From: Candidatus Altimarinota bacterium
GTDB taxonomy: Bacteria; Patescibacteriota; Gracilibacteria; JBDHUY01
Assembly (NCBI GenBank): GCA_039809385.1
Contig: JBDHUY010000010.1
Coordinates: 1-64,000 of the forward strand
Direction of reading: 5' to 3'
DNA length: 64,000 nucleotides
The position numbers and the translations under genes are program-made. The number at the start of each line of letters is the position of its first letter. Position 1 is the first letter of the stretch. Positions 1 through 9,402 of this stretch are shown here, one piece after another. Below the pieces are notes generated by a model that did no database searches, was not told the DNA's origin, and saw nothing but the letters and a program-made list of their open reading frames with translations.

Positions 1-1043
1 GAGAAGCCGTCAATCAGCGGCTTGGCCACTACCATTAAAATTCCGATAATGATCAATACCGTAGCCAAGCCGAAACTGAAGGCGGTTACAATCACAATCC
101 CGAATACAATACGTCCCAGCGCAATCGCGATCAGAAGCACGACCAGCGCGTCGGGGCAGGGGACAATTCCGCCCGAAACTCCCAGATAGACCAGATCGCG
201 CAGCTTTACACGCTCGCCTTTGTCTTTTTTGGCTATGACAGGAATGTTTTTCTGATCGGACTCGTGAGAATGAGAATGTCCATCATGCGCGTGGCTATGT
301 GCAACTTCTCCATGTTCATGAGTATCTCCGTCTCCGCTATGAGAATGGGAATGCAGATGGGCGTGATCTTCTCCGTGCGCGTGGTTATGGCTGTGGTCTG
401 CTCCGTGAGGATGAGAATGCGGTTCGACGCGCTTTAAGATACGCCGTTTCAGCAGCCATAGTCCTACGCCCAGTACCATCAAGCCTGAAATCAGGCTTAG
501 CCACGGAAACAGTGTTTGAGGGAGAATGTATTGCGAAGCGAACAAAGCGACTAGCCCGAGTAAAAAGACGCTGGAGGTATGTGTCGCCGTGACGATGATT
601 CCCAGGATTACGGCATCGATCACTCGTCCTTTGCTGCCGACTAAATAAGCAGCTACCATCGTTTTTCCATGCCCTGGCGTGAGCGCGTGCAATGCTCCGA
701 GCACGAATGATACCAGTAAGGCGGTAATTACGAAGCCTATCCCCAGGTCGGGCTGGCGGATTAAGTCTTTGAGGTATTTGCTAAAAATGTCTCCCTCTGC
801 CAGCGCATAACGTGATCCTCCTGCATTGATTGCTTTGATCAGTTCTTCTTTGCTGCTGAATTTTTGAGCATATTCGGGAGCATTTTTTTCCACGAAGTCT
901 AAAATCTCCTCGGACGTTGCGTTCGGATTCTTTTCGATAAATTCCAAAACCGGCTGGGGAATCAGATCATGAGCCAGTGTGGGATAGACGGGAATAGAAC
1001 TTACCGTCACGAGTGTTAGAAGCAATAGGAGGAAACGGCGCAT
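1..1043 (-). CDS. RcnA/NicO-family nickel/cobalt transporter with His-rich loop (3' end runs off the window)
   Basis: Missing from the ORF track; my translation from ATG 1043 gives a signal-like N-terminus, [14 protein letters not shown], a His-rich loop ([28 protein letters not shown]) and GGIVPCPDA, all RcnA-family motifs. Confidence 0.88.
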   Translation of the reverse strand, partial: MRRFLLLLLTLVTVSSIPVYPTLAHDLIPQPVLEFIEKNPNATSEEILDFVEKNAPEYAQKFSSKEELIKAINAGGSRYALAEGDIFSKYLKDLIRQPDLGIGFVITALLVSFVLGALHALTPGHGKTMVAAYLVGSKGRVIDAVILGIIVTATHTSSVFLLGLVALFASQYILPQTLFPWLSLISGLMVLGVGLWLLKRRILKRVEPHSHPHGADHSHNHAHGEDHAHLHSHSHSGDGDTHEHGEVAHSHAHDGHSHSHESDQKNIPVIAKKDKGERVKLRDLVYLGVSGGIVPCPDALVVLLIAIALGRIVFGIVIVTAFSFGLATVLIIIGILMVVAKPLIDGF

Positions 1044-1139
1044 AATCAATATAACTAAATGGAAATAATCATACACAATTGGGATACGATTCCCATCGGC
1101 GCGGGAATGGCAGGTGCGGAGGCTGTTGCTCTTCCGTAT

Positions 1140-2483
1140 TTACAAATCCGCCAGTGTTTTTTCTACGAACTCCTTGGGATATTTTATCGAGAAATGGGGA
1201 TTTATTTTCAAGACCTCTTCCAGGTACGATTTGGCTTTTTCTTTATTCCCAAGAGCCTTTTCTATCAGGCCGGCATGGAAGTAAAGCAGACTATCCGGCG
1301 TCTTCAATCTCAGGGATTCTTCAATATACTTTTGTCCTTGAGCGGCTCGGTTATTTTTGAAGAATGCAAAGCCTAAAATCGACGCGCTATAAATATTCGG
1401 CCGGTCGGTATACGCTCTTTGTGCTTTTTCCAGCGCCTTTTCCAATTCCAGATCGTGGTCGAGTAAAAACAGGGCGTATTCCTGATCCACGTCGACTCCG
1501 TTTTTTTCCTGATCCTGGTACGTTAGTTTCACGATCGTATACTGCTGCTCGGCTTTCGCTGATTCTCCCATGGCTTCATAGATATCTGCCAAATCGGTAG
1601 CGTACTCGGCTATTGGCAAACTCTTAAAAGCCCGTTCGATATAGGAAAGTGCTTCTTCCTTGTTCCCCTCGGCATAGGCAATACGGCCTAACCATTTAAG
1701 TGCAGGCGCATACTCGGGAACTGAGGAGAGAGCTTGTTCGAATTCTTGCCTGGCTTTTTTTAGGTCGGTCCGATAGGTTAATTTGCCTAGTTCGGTATAG
1801 CCCCAGGCCACGTTTTCGGGGAAAAAGGATCCGGCCGTAATGGCCTCTTGCATAATCTCCATCGCACCCGGAATATCGTTATGGAGTTCCCGGGCGTGAG
1901 CAATGCGGCTATACGAGCTAAAATCCGGACGTAGATCTACCATGGTTTGTAGCGTCTTGAGTGCATTTTCGTATTCCCCCAGTTCTATTTCGGCATCGGC
2001 CAGGATCGCGTAGTTCTGACCGGTTTTTGGCTGGATCGAAACCGCTTTCTCTGCTAATTCTATGGCTTCTTTGAAATGGTGTCTGCCTGCAGTAACGGCT
2101 GCCTGCAAAGTGATCGTGGCGGCATTTTTGGGATCTTGTTGATCGAGCTTCTCCAAGATCTGATCTATTCTCGTATAATAGCCGGTATCGGCAGTTTCCC
2201 GTACTGCCTGGAGATAATAGGCCGCCAGTGTTTGCTGATCGGAGATGCTGTCCGGTTTTTCTTGTACCTTTTCTTCCAGACGCTGGATCAGATCCCAGGT
2301 TTTCTGCGACAAGTTTTGGGGTTTAACCAAGAGTGCAGCATTTTTATTCTGATTGCCGGAGAAAGAAAAGTATTCTTTTGGAACGACTATATATACGAGT
2401 CCGAGTAAAATAACGAGCAATCCGATAAGTCCGAATCCGATCAATAAAGGCCTCTGAACATTACTGTTGGCGGCTTTTTTCAT
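1140..2483 (-). CDS. Membrane-anchored tetratricopeptide repeat protein
   Basis: N-terminal TM helix followed by TPR-like helices (YAILADAEIELGEYENA, LYFHAGLIEKALGNKEKA). Confidence 0.85.
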   Translation of the reverse strand: MKKAANSNVQRPLLIGFGLIGLLVILLGLVYIVVPKEYFSFSGNQNKNAALLVKPQNLSQKTWDLIQRLEEKVQEKPDSISDQQTLAAYYLQAVRETADTGYYTRIDQILEKLDQQDPKNAATITLQAAVTAGRHHFKEAIELAEKAVSIQPKTGQNYAILADAEIELGEYENALKTLQTMVDLRPDFSSYSRIAHARELHNDIPGAMEIMQEAITAGSFFPENVAWGYTELGKLTYRTDLKKARQEFEQALSSVPEYAPALKWLGRIAYAEGNKEEALSYIERAFKSLPIAEYATDLADIYEAMGESAKAEQQYTIVKLTYQDQEKNGVDVDQEYALFLLDHDLELEKALEKAQRAYTDRPNIYSASILGFAFFKNNRAAQGQKYIEESLRLKTPDSLLYFHAGLIEKALGNKEKAKSYLEEVLKINPHFSIKYPKEFVEKTLADL

Positions 2484-2549
2484 AACGCATATGAATTACA
2501 AAGTATGCCTGGTTATTTTACTCAAGAGTATGAGGTATTGCAATTTAAT

Positions 2550-2567
2550 TGTAAAGCAGCTTTTACA
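2550..2567. promoter_or_regulatory. Palindromic operator TGTAAA-N6-TTTACA upstream of the TPR gene
   Basis: TGTAAA gcagct TTTACA, 67-84 nt upstream of ATG 2483; a second copy lies at an equivalent distance before the DUF4331 gene. Confidence 0.6.
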
Positions 2568-2769
2568 GTCAGTTCTTGCACATTAATACCAATTTCATTT
2601 CAGACTGATATCTCGAATATTGTGTAATCTTGTCTGGCTTGCCCGCCTGTTCGTAGTAAGGACTCAGTGTGTCGAGTTTCATTGCGCGCAATAAAAATGT
2701 CCCGAACGTTTACGGACCCCGGGCGAGCCGGGATGACCATTTATCATTGATATCTGCTTTTCAGCATAA

Positions 2770-2799
2770 AAAAAGAGTCCGCCGCGGCGGACTCTTTTT
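2770..2799 (-). terminator. Intrinsic terminator after the DUF4331 gene
   Basis: Perfect inverted repeat AAAAAGAGTCCGCCGCGGCGGACTCTTTTT with A/T tracts on both sides. Confidence 0.8.
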
Positions 2800-2834
2800 G
2801 AGAGTTTATTTCCATTAATGGAAATAAATTTTTC

Positions 2835-4805
2835 TTACATTCCTTTTAGAATCTTGGTCAACATCGTGGCCATATTCTCGCGGCTGATGAAGTTACCTAC
2901 TTTAATACCGAGAATGTTGTAGCCTTTGCTGACAGCCAAGTCTACATATTTCTTATACCAGGGGTCGGTATTGCCGGAAGCAGGAGTGAAGAACATCGTA
3001 CCAAGGATCTTGTAGGCTTCCTCGATCGTAATGTTGTTGTTTCCTCGGAAGGTTCCGTCGCTATACCCGCCAATTATGCCTTTAGCTTTAGCAAAAAAGA
3101 CAAAGCGAGAATACCACTGATCGACTGGTACGTCTTTGAAAGGAGAAGTCGATCCGGTGATGTCGGTATTCTGATATTTCGCCAGTAAAGCAAGCTTGAT
3201 GAACTCATAGCGAGTGATCTGGTTGTCAGGTCCGAATGTTCCGTCGGGATAGCCGGCAGCCCAGCCTTTGTCTTTGATAAACTGAATGGACGCATAGTCG
3301 TCTGTAGCAGTTACGTCAGGGAAAGGAAAAGATACCGAGGTATTGGCATTCGGATTGGAAGCGTTGACGTTGGTTTGAGGCGTCGAAGCTTTACCGTGCG
3401 GTACGCTGCTGGTTCCATCCCATGGCGAAGCCATATAGGGGAAGCTGCCAGTAAATTCCTTGTCGTTCCTATCCACGCCGTCCCCAACTTTGGTCGCGAG
3501 AGGATCGGGCTGGAAATCTTTATGGAACAACGGATATACCGCGCCGGCAACTGCCTGCAACGAAATATCGGTTACGTCATCGGCCAGACGGCGGCCGTTC
3601 GGATAGCCGGCAGTGTCTCCTCCCAGAACACCCATACGATTAGGAGTGCTTGTTGGGGCGATTCCAACGTTCAAACGAAGCTGTTCTGAAGGTACCACAT
3701 TGGTTGGTTTGGTCAGACCGTCGATACCCGTCAGGAAGATGGCTACGAGATCGTCACGAGCGTCTTTTTGACCAAAGTCTGCCTGTGGCGGAACTTTGAT
3801 ATTGTAGAGAGCCTTGAACAGGATTCCCAATTCGGGATTGGTAACATAGTTGGCAAACTTTGTATCATTCTCAGGTTTAGTAGCATTCCAGCTGTCTTTA
3901 TCTTTCAACGGAATGACTACTTCATTAACCAACGGAGCTCCAAGGCGCGATACTTGCACCCAGTCGCCCGTGTTTTCCATGTATGGATCGCTGGTCTTTA
4001 ATACCCGAGTGGCATGGCGGTATGCCGTGCTCCAGACACCGATAACGGCTCCATCGGCTTTGGGGTCCGTGATCTTTGTCTTGGTTTTGGTCAACTGATT
4101 GATCGGAATCTGCAGGGCAATGGCGTGAATATTATAACCACCCAGTCCGTCTACGCCCGGATTGCGCAGCGTTAGGAGATCGAATACGTTCAGATCGACA
4201 AAGAACGGATCGTCGCGCTGTCCGGCGAACGCCGTGACTCCGTTATCGAGAGTTTTGATAGCGGCTTTGGCTAAATTCTCATAGTTCGGGGTCGATTTCG
4301 CTCCGACATTATTGGGCGGAACAGGCAGATCGGCACCTAAAACGTCGCTTTTGCCATCCTCTACACGGGTCACGGTGTAAGTCTGGCGAACATTCCAGTT
4401 GGGATCGGTCAGCGAAGTGATCGGGCCGACATTATACAGGAACGTGTTGCCGTTCTGTACTGTTGTCTTGAATGCGAAGTCGTAGGAAATGTCTTCCTTC
4501 GCATCGCCATCGTTATCGATTTTGATCGAATACAGAGCTGTGGGATCGAAATTAAAGTAGTTTGGGCCACCGACTGGTTCTTCAAACGGAATATATCCGG
4601 CGATCAACGTTACCGTATCCGGTTTGTCTGGAGAGACAAACGCGTAGACGTCTGTTGTGTCGACCAGCGGATCATTGCTGATCAGAGGTGCTTCCCGGTG
4701 GGAAGAAGCCTCGGTTTTTGGAGCAGGGATGCTTAACAGGCTTGCCAAAAGGGCCAGCATGGTCAGCATCGATACTCCGGCAAGGTTTGCACGCTTGTGA
4801 AGCAT
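2835..4805 (-). CDS. Secreted DUF4331-domain protein with C-terminal S-layer homology (SLH) domains
   Basis: Signal peptide, ASSHREAP, FAGQRDDPFF and YPNGRRLADDV (DUF4331 motifs); GYPDGTFGPDNQITRYE and GYSDGTFRGNNNIT (SLH). Confidence 0.88.
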   Translation of the reverse strand: MLHKRANLAGVSMLTMLALLASLLSIPAPKTEASSHREAPLISNDPLVDTTDVYAFVSPDKPDTVTLIAGYIPFEEPVGGPNYFNFDPTALYSIKIDNDGDAKEDISYDFAFKTTVQNGNTFLYNVGPITSLTDPNWNVRQTYTVTRVEDGKSDVLGADLPVPPNNVGAKSTPNYENLAKAAIKTLDNGVTAFAGQRDDPFFVDLNVFDLLTLRNPGVDGLGGYNIHAIALQIPINQLTKTKTKITDPKADGAVIGVWSTAYRHATRVLKTSDPYMENTGDWVQVSRLGAPLVNEVVIPLKDKDSWNATKPENDTKFANYVTNPELGILFKALYNIKVPPQADFGQKDARDDLVAIFLTGIDGLTKPTNVVPSEQLRLNVGIAPTSTPNRMGVLGGDTAGYPNGRRLADDVTDISLQAVAGAVYPLFHKDFQPDPLATKVGDGVDRNDKEFTGSFPYMASPWDGTSSVPHGKASTPQTNVNASNPNANTSVSFPFPDVTATDDYASIQFIKDKGWAAGYPDGTFGPDNQITRYEFIKLALLAKYQNTDITGSTSPFKDVPVDQWYSRFVFFAKAKGIIGGYSDGTFRGNNNITIEEAYKILGTMFFTPASGNTDPWYKKYVDLAVSKGYNILGIKVGNFISRENMATMLTKILKGM

Positions 4806-4869
4806 ACTGAAAAATAAGGGGGTAAAATAAACACACCCATTTTATATAAAAAGAATCATAACCGCAATA

Positions 4870-4895
4870 AATTTGTAAACTAGGGTTTACAAATT
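4870..4895. promoter_or_regulatory. Palindromic operator with core TGTAAA-N6-TTTACA (4874-4891) upstream of the DUF4331 gene
   Basis: AATTTGTAAAC-TAGG-GTTTACAAATT has perfect 11-bp arms; the core lies 69-86 nt upstream of ATG 4805. Confidence 0.65.
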
Positions 4896-5121
4896 ATGGA
4901 AAGAAGTTTTCGTTCCGGCCCGATATGCTCGTTTTTCTTATGAGAATAAGCTTTTTTTGCCTTTTTTCTTGCGGTAAATAATAAATATTAATGCAATTAC
5001 TTGCATTTACATTGTATTGCTTCTACGAACCAGAAGCAAGTAAATCTTTTTTTCAAAACAACCTGAGTAGGTTATAGTAGCTTCGGAGTTTTTCATTCAT
5101 ACTATTTTATCCGCCTGCCGT

Positions 5122-5655
5122 ATGTACAAACCTTCCATCTATTATCGCCGCTTCGTCGAGGTTTCCGATATCTGGGAAAAGGCCTTGGAACGTTATAGCG
5201 ACCAACAGCTTGCCGCGGTCGCTCCTTCCCAAACCTGGTCGATGGGACAAGTCTATATGCACTTGTTTGAGGGGACTCAGCAGTTTCAGCTGAAAAAAAT
5301 GGAAGAGGCACTTGATCCGGAAGCGCCAGTTGCCGGGAAAAAGAAGCTGGTTGGGAGCATTATGTTTTTCTTCGATTCGTTTCCGCCCATGCGCATAAAA
5401 GTTCCTGCTTCATCCGAATACACGCCCCGCGCTCCGGGCAATAAGGAAGAGATTTTCCGTACAATAGAAAGATTAAAGCAGCTGGTCTATCAGAGTGCCG
5501 AGAAACTCCATCAGATAGAATCCTTTACCGGCAAAGCTTTTCACCCGGCCTTCGGTTGGCTCACTGCACTGGAGTGGTTTGCACTTATTCCCATGCATAT
5601 CCGTCACCATTTACGTCAAAAGCGGCGTATCGATCGGGAGCTGGGGGGAAAGTAG
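5122..5655 (+). CDS. DinB-family protein
   Basis: WSMGQVYMHL and HPAFGWLTALEWFALIPMHIRHHLRQ give the His triad pattern. Confidence 0.85.
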   Translation: MYKPSIYYRRFVEVSDIWEKALERYSDQQLAAVAPSQTWSMGQVYMHLFEGTQQFQLKKMEEALDPEAPVAGKKKLVGSIMFFFDSFPPMRIKVPASSEYTPRAPGNKEEIFRTIERLKQLVYQSAEKLHQIESFTGKAFHPAFGWLTALEWFALIPMHIRHHLRQKRRIDRELGGK

Positions 5656-5829
5656 CGGTCATCAAAATACAGGGCTGACAGCGAACAGCCGACAGCCCAG
5701 AAGGGGTCGCGTTGGGGCTTACGGCAGGCAGGGGAAAAGTCCTTAGTACAAAGTACTTAGTCCATAGTCTGAAATCAAAGATCGAGTGAGTTGTTTATTT
5801 ACCTAAGCTTCATTCTTGTTTCCAGATTC

Positions 5830-6546
5830 TTACTTCTGGTTTTCTGCCAAGAAATGCACGCTCACGCGAGGGTGCTTTTTTAAAATAATAGCGGGAAAGG
5901 TATCTATGTCCATGTCGGGAGCTTCCTGTAGTTTTTCGACGATGCTTCTTTTCGTTTCGCCGGAAAGTAGAACCAGGATTTCTTTGCTCTTCTCGATCTC
6001 CGGCAGAGTGATGGTGAGTCGTTCCCGTACGACAAATGCGGGCGGTGCTTCCGAAATGGCTGTCAGTTTTGCGCGTTCCTTAAGTGCCGGGCTGTGCGGA
6101 AAGAGTGAAGCGATGTGGCCGTCGGGGCCTATGCCCAGGATCAGCAGGTCGAAGGTGTACTCTCTTTCCTGTATGGCTGTAGTCAGGTCTTTCTCGTATT
6201 CTTGCGCCGCCGTTATTCTGTCGAGATTTGTGTTAAAAGAGATAACTCTGGGGGCAATGCCGGTACGCCTTTCCAGCGGCTCCAGTAATGCTTCTCGAAT
6301 AGCTCGCAGGTTTGAATCGGGATGATCTTCCGGTACGAAGCGTTCGTCGGTGATGGCAAAAATTAGGGAAGAAAAATCGATTTCAGCCGCCTCGCTTAGA
6401 GCTTTATAGATCGGAAACGGCGTACTTCCCCCGCTGAGACCCATCAGAAATGTCGCTTGCTTCGAACTTTTGATAGAGTCATTTATCACTCTCAAGCTGG
6501 CTTTCTCGAAGGCAATTTTATGTTCAAACAGTTGTATCTGGATCAT
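5830..6546 (-). CDS. pgl: 6-phosphogluconolactonase
   Basis: GLSGGSTP, DERFVPEDHPDSN and LGIGPDGHIASLFP; adjacent to zwf. Confidence 0.93.
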   Translation of the reverse strand: MIQIQLFEHKIAFEKASLRVINDSIKSSKQATFLMGLSGGSTPFPIYKALSEAAEIDFSSLIFAITDERFVPEDHPDSNLRAIREALLEPLERRTGIAPRVISFNTNLDRITAAQEYEKDLTTAIQEREYTFDLLILGIGPDGHIASLFPHSPALKERAKLTAISEAPPAFVVRERLTITLPEIEKSKEILVLLSGETKRSIVEKLQEAPDMDIDTFPAIILKKHPRVSVHFLAENQK

Positions 6547-6592
6547 TACTTTGCGGAGATAAGGTTTTCAGGAGAATAAAAGACGATCTGAT

Positions 6593-8005
6593 TTATGCCT
6601 CATACCAGCGGAAGCCGTCGTTATTCGGAATGCTATCTTGTTCTATCGGTCCGCGCGATTCGTCGGGATAGCTATACAATAGATCTTGATGAGCGGTTTT
6701 TTTGTGCAAAATCCGATCTACCAGCTCCCAGGCGGAAATAATTTGCTGAAAGGTCAGAAAATAGGTCTTATCCGCACGTATGATATCTAATAGCAGTAGT
6801 GCATGATCCGGAAGGCAATCATCGCCGACACAGGCCAATGATTCACTGACAGTTAGACTGCTGGGGTGAATGGTAGCACCCAAACGATTCAAGAGTGACA
6901 TTTGCATGGTTTCTTCCGGCGCCAGCTTAATCACCAGGCGGTTCGGCTCGTCGTCTTTTTGATATTCGAATTTTTTGAACTCGACGACAATCGAGGTTTT
7001 CTTCTCTGCCAGTTTTTTCCCGGTGCGAATATAAATCGGCACGTTATGCCAGGTTTCCAGGTCGATAAACAGTTTAGCAGCCGCAAACGTTTCAGTTCGC
7101 GAGTCCGGCGGAACGTTTTTTTCGGTTCGATAGCTCTCGTATTGTCCCAATACCAGATTATGGTCGCATTCGGGAAATGTCAGCGAAGACAGGATGTGGT
7201 ATTTCTCCCGGTGAATGCTGCTGCTCTGGTTACTAGCCGGTATAGCCATGGTCAGCAGCGAGAGAATTTGCAGCAGGTGCGACTGGATCATATCGCGAAT
7301 CGTGCCGACCTGGTCGAAGTATCCGACCCGTTCGCCTACGCCGAGATGTTCGAAAGCGGTGATCTGGATATTGGCGATCGAGTGTCCGTTGAGGAGCAAA
7401 TGGAAAATAGGGTTCAGGCGTCGCAAAAAATAGATACTTCGTACCGGCCCCTTGCCGAGGTAGTGATCGAGCAGGTAAAAGTTTTCTTCGCTAAAATGCT
7501 GCATGGTGAAATGGTATAGCTCTTGTGCACTTCTCAAATCTTGTCCGAACGGTTTTTCCAGTACCAGCCGGATATCTTCGTCACGGCTTTTGCGACTCTC
7601 TGCCAGATTTTGAATGATATCGCGAAAGACGGTTGGGGGTACGGAAAAGTAGGCAATATGTGACATAGTTTTGTTGCCGCTCAATTCGTCTAAAAATCCT
7701 CGATATCGACGGTAATCTTCGATATTATTGTAGAGCCCTGAGAAGTAATGAACGTGCTTGAGTAAGTCTGAGAGTACTGTTTCGTCCAAGTCTGGCCGTG
7801 CTTTTCTCACACTCTCGGCAAATTCGTCTCGAAACTGCTGTTGTTCTTTGCTGCTGCGAGCATAACCAACGATATAGAATTCTTCGGGGAAACGTTTCTG
7901 TTCCTGAAGCGCGTAGAGCGAGGGGAACAGTTTCAGTTTGGCCAGGTCTCCGGAGGCGCCGAAGATGGTAAAAATGAAGGGGTCGGTAATTTTGAAGAGC
8001 TGCAT
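6593..8005 (-). CDS. zwf: Glucose-6-phosphate 1-dehydrogenase
   Basis: IFGASGDLAKLKLFP, LEKPFG, DHYLGK, RDMIQSHLLQ and RTGK. Confidence 0.96.
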   Translation of the reverse strand: MQLFKITDPFIFTIFGASGDLAKLKLFPSLYALQEQKRFPEEFYIVGYARSSKEQQQFRDEFAESVRKARPDLDETVLSDLLKHVHYFSGLYNNIEDYRRYRGFLDELSGNKTMSHIAYFSVPPTVFRDIIQNLAESRKSRDEDIRLVLEKPFGQDLRSAQELYHFTMQHFSEENFYLLDHYLGKGPVRSIYFLRRLNPIFHLLLNGHSIANIQITAFEHLGVGERVGYFDQVGTIRDMIQSHLLQILSLLTMAIPASNQSSSIHREKYHILSSLTFPECDHNLVLGQYESYRTEKNVPPDSRTETFAAAKLFIDLETWHNVPIYIRTGKKLAEKKTSIVVEFKKFEYQKDDEPNRLVIKLAPEETMQMSLLNRLGATIHPSSLTVSESLACVGDDCLPDHALLLLDIIRADKTYFLTFQQIISAWELVDRILHKKTAHQDLLYSYPDESRGPIEQDSIPNNDGFRWYEA

Positions 8006-8096
8006 GGGGGGAAAGTTAGGAGTAGGGAGAAGGGAGTTCGGAGAGGGGGGATCAGGTAGCGCCAGACCCGCGTGTCTGCCTAGGACTTCCTGTATT

Positions 8097-8125
8097 GTGC
8101 CCCCTGATAAGGGGGCTAGGGGGTT
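8097..8125. repeat. G/C-rich palindromic repeat element (CCCCCTGATAAGGGGG-CTAGGGGG)
   Basis: Hairpin plus G-run; closely matches the reverse complement of 26976-27006 inside the UvrD gene. Confidence 0.55.
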
Positions 8126-8302
8126 CTAGAAACTACGAGTTATAGGATGAATACAAAATCTTCTAGGAAGTTCTTTTTCAGTGTCCCGTAAACAGGTCGA
8201 AATCACAAGTGATTTTATTCACAGGTGGTATATCGCCAGGTATGTCGAAGCCGGGGCGAGATTAAAAAATCCCGTCCCGAGCTTGAGGAGAATTGGTAGT
8301 GG

Positions 8303-9010
8303 TTAGTTTTTCAAGTAGTTTACCTCATAAAACCCTATGATAGATGCTCCAAGTTCATCTGTCACACGATAATGGACGATATATCGACCGAAACCAGGAA
8401 ATGTATGTGTGGGGGTCGATTCATCACTTACCGTCCCATCGCCAAAATCCCAGAAAAATCGCTTATCGCCATATCCACCATAAGGGAACAAAGAAAATTT
8501 TATGGTGAATTGCTCGTAGTTGACGTAATCGGCAGTTGGATAGACCTGAAAGTCGAATGATACTTTTCCTTTTGCTTTTGCCAAAAGCTGATTATCCTTG
8601 TCAACCACTTTACAAAGTATCTCTGGGCTTGTAATGACGAGGTCACTGATGGCTTGGGCAATTGATCCCAGATGAAATCGGATATTGTTAATTCCATATG
8701 CGAGTTTTAGAGGTCTCGAAAATTTAACACTGCCGACTTCAAACTTTACGATTACTTCTGAGCCGTTTTTCGGTATTCTTTCAGGATTGACCAAGAGCAA
8801 ATTGATTTCGTTGACAGGTGAGATCCCTTCTCCAATAATCCCTGATGGTGTCTTTCCAAAGAGCCTTAAAGGTCTTTGTTGAAACTCCATGTACCATTTA
8901 CTGTCTTTGAGCGCCTCTTCAGTCGGCGGGGTTTGAGTTTGCGCCAAAGTCTCCATTGAAACAAAGAAGACCAGCATGAATGCGAAAATACCAACGATAA
9001 ACCTTTTCAT
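8303..9010 (-). CDS. Secreted PKD-domain protein
   Basis: Signal peptide; C-terminal WDFGDGTVSDESTPTHTFPGFGRYIVHYRVTD PKD signature. Confidence 0.85.
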   Translation of the reverse strand: MKRFIVGIFAFMLVFFVSMETLAQTQTPPTEEALKDSKWYMEFQQRPLRLFGKTPSGIIGEGISPVNEINLLLVNPERIPKNGSEVIVKFEVGSVKFSRPLKLAYGINNIRFHLGSIAQAISDLVITSPEILCKVVDKDNQLLAKAKGKVSFDFQVYPTADYVNYEQFTIKFSLFPYGGYGDKRFFWDFGDGTVSDESTPTHTFPGFGRYIVHYRVTDELGASIIGFYEVNYLKN

Positions 9011-9402
9011 GAGATTTGTTCCTTTCGAATTGAATTGAACTATACTCTACCAATTTGTGAATGATCGTCCCTACCCACGCGATGCGGGAGGGATAGATAC
9101 GTGTTTCGGATTAAGCCTCAGATCGCTGTTAGAAGCGGACTCTTTCTTCGATTCATTTATGAATCAAGACTTCTGTTCTCTCTATTTAATATATTCTTTT
9201 CTTTGCAGAATGGATCTGTTTTTAAATGCGATTAAAGTATGTTGTCACTCAGAGGTTTCAAAGCTTTTATATTTCATTACATTATTGACACAATGACTAC
9301 CTGTTGTTGACAAAGTTAATTGACACTATTCGTGTTTGGAATACTCTGATCTTTGGAGGAAAAATTTTATTAGAATTTAATTTTTCACTATTCCCATTCA
9401 CT

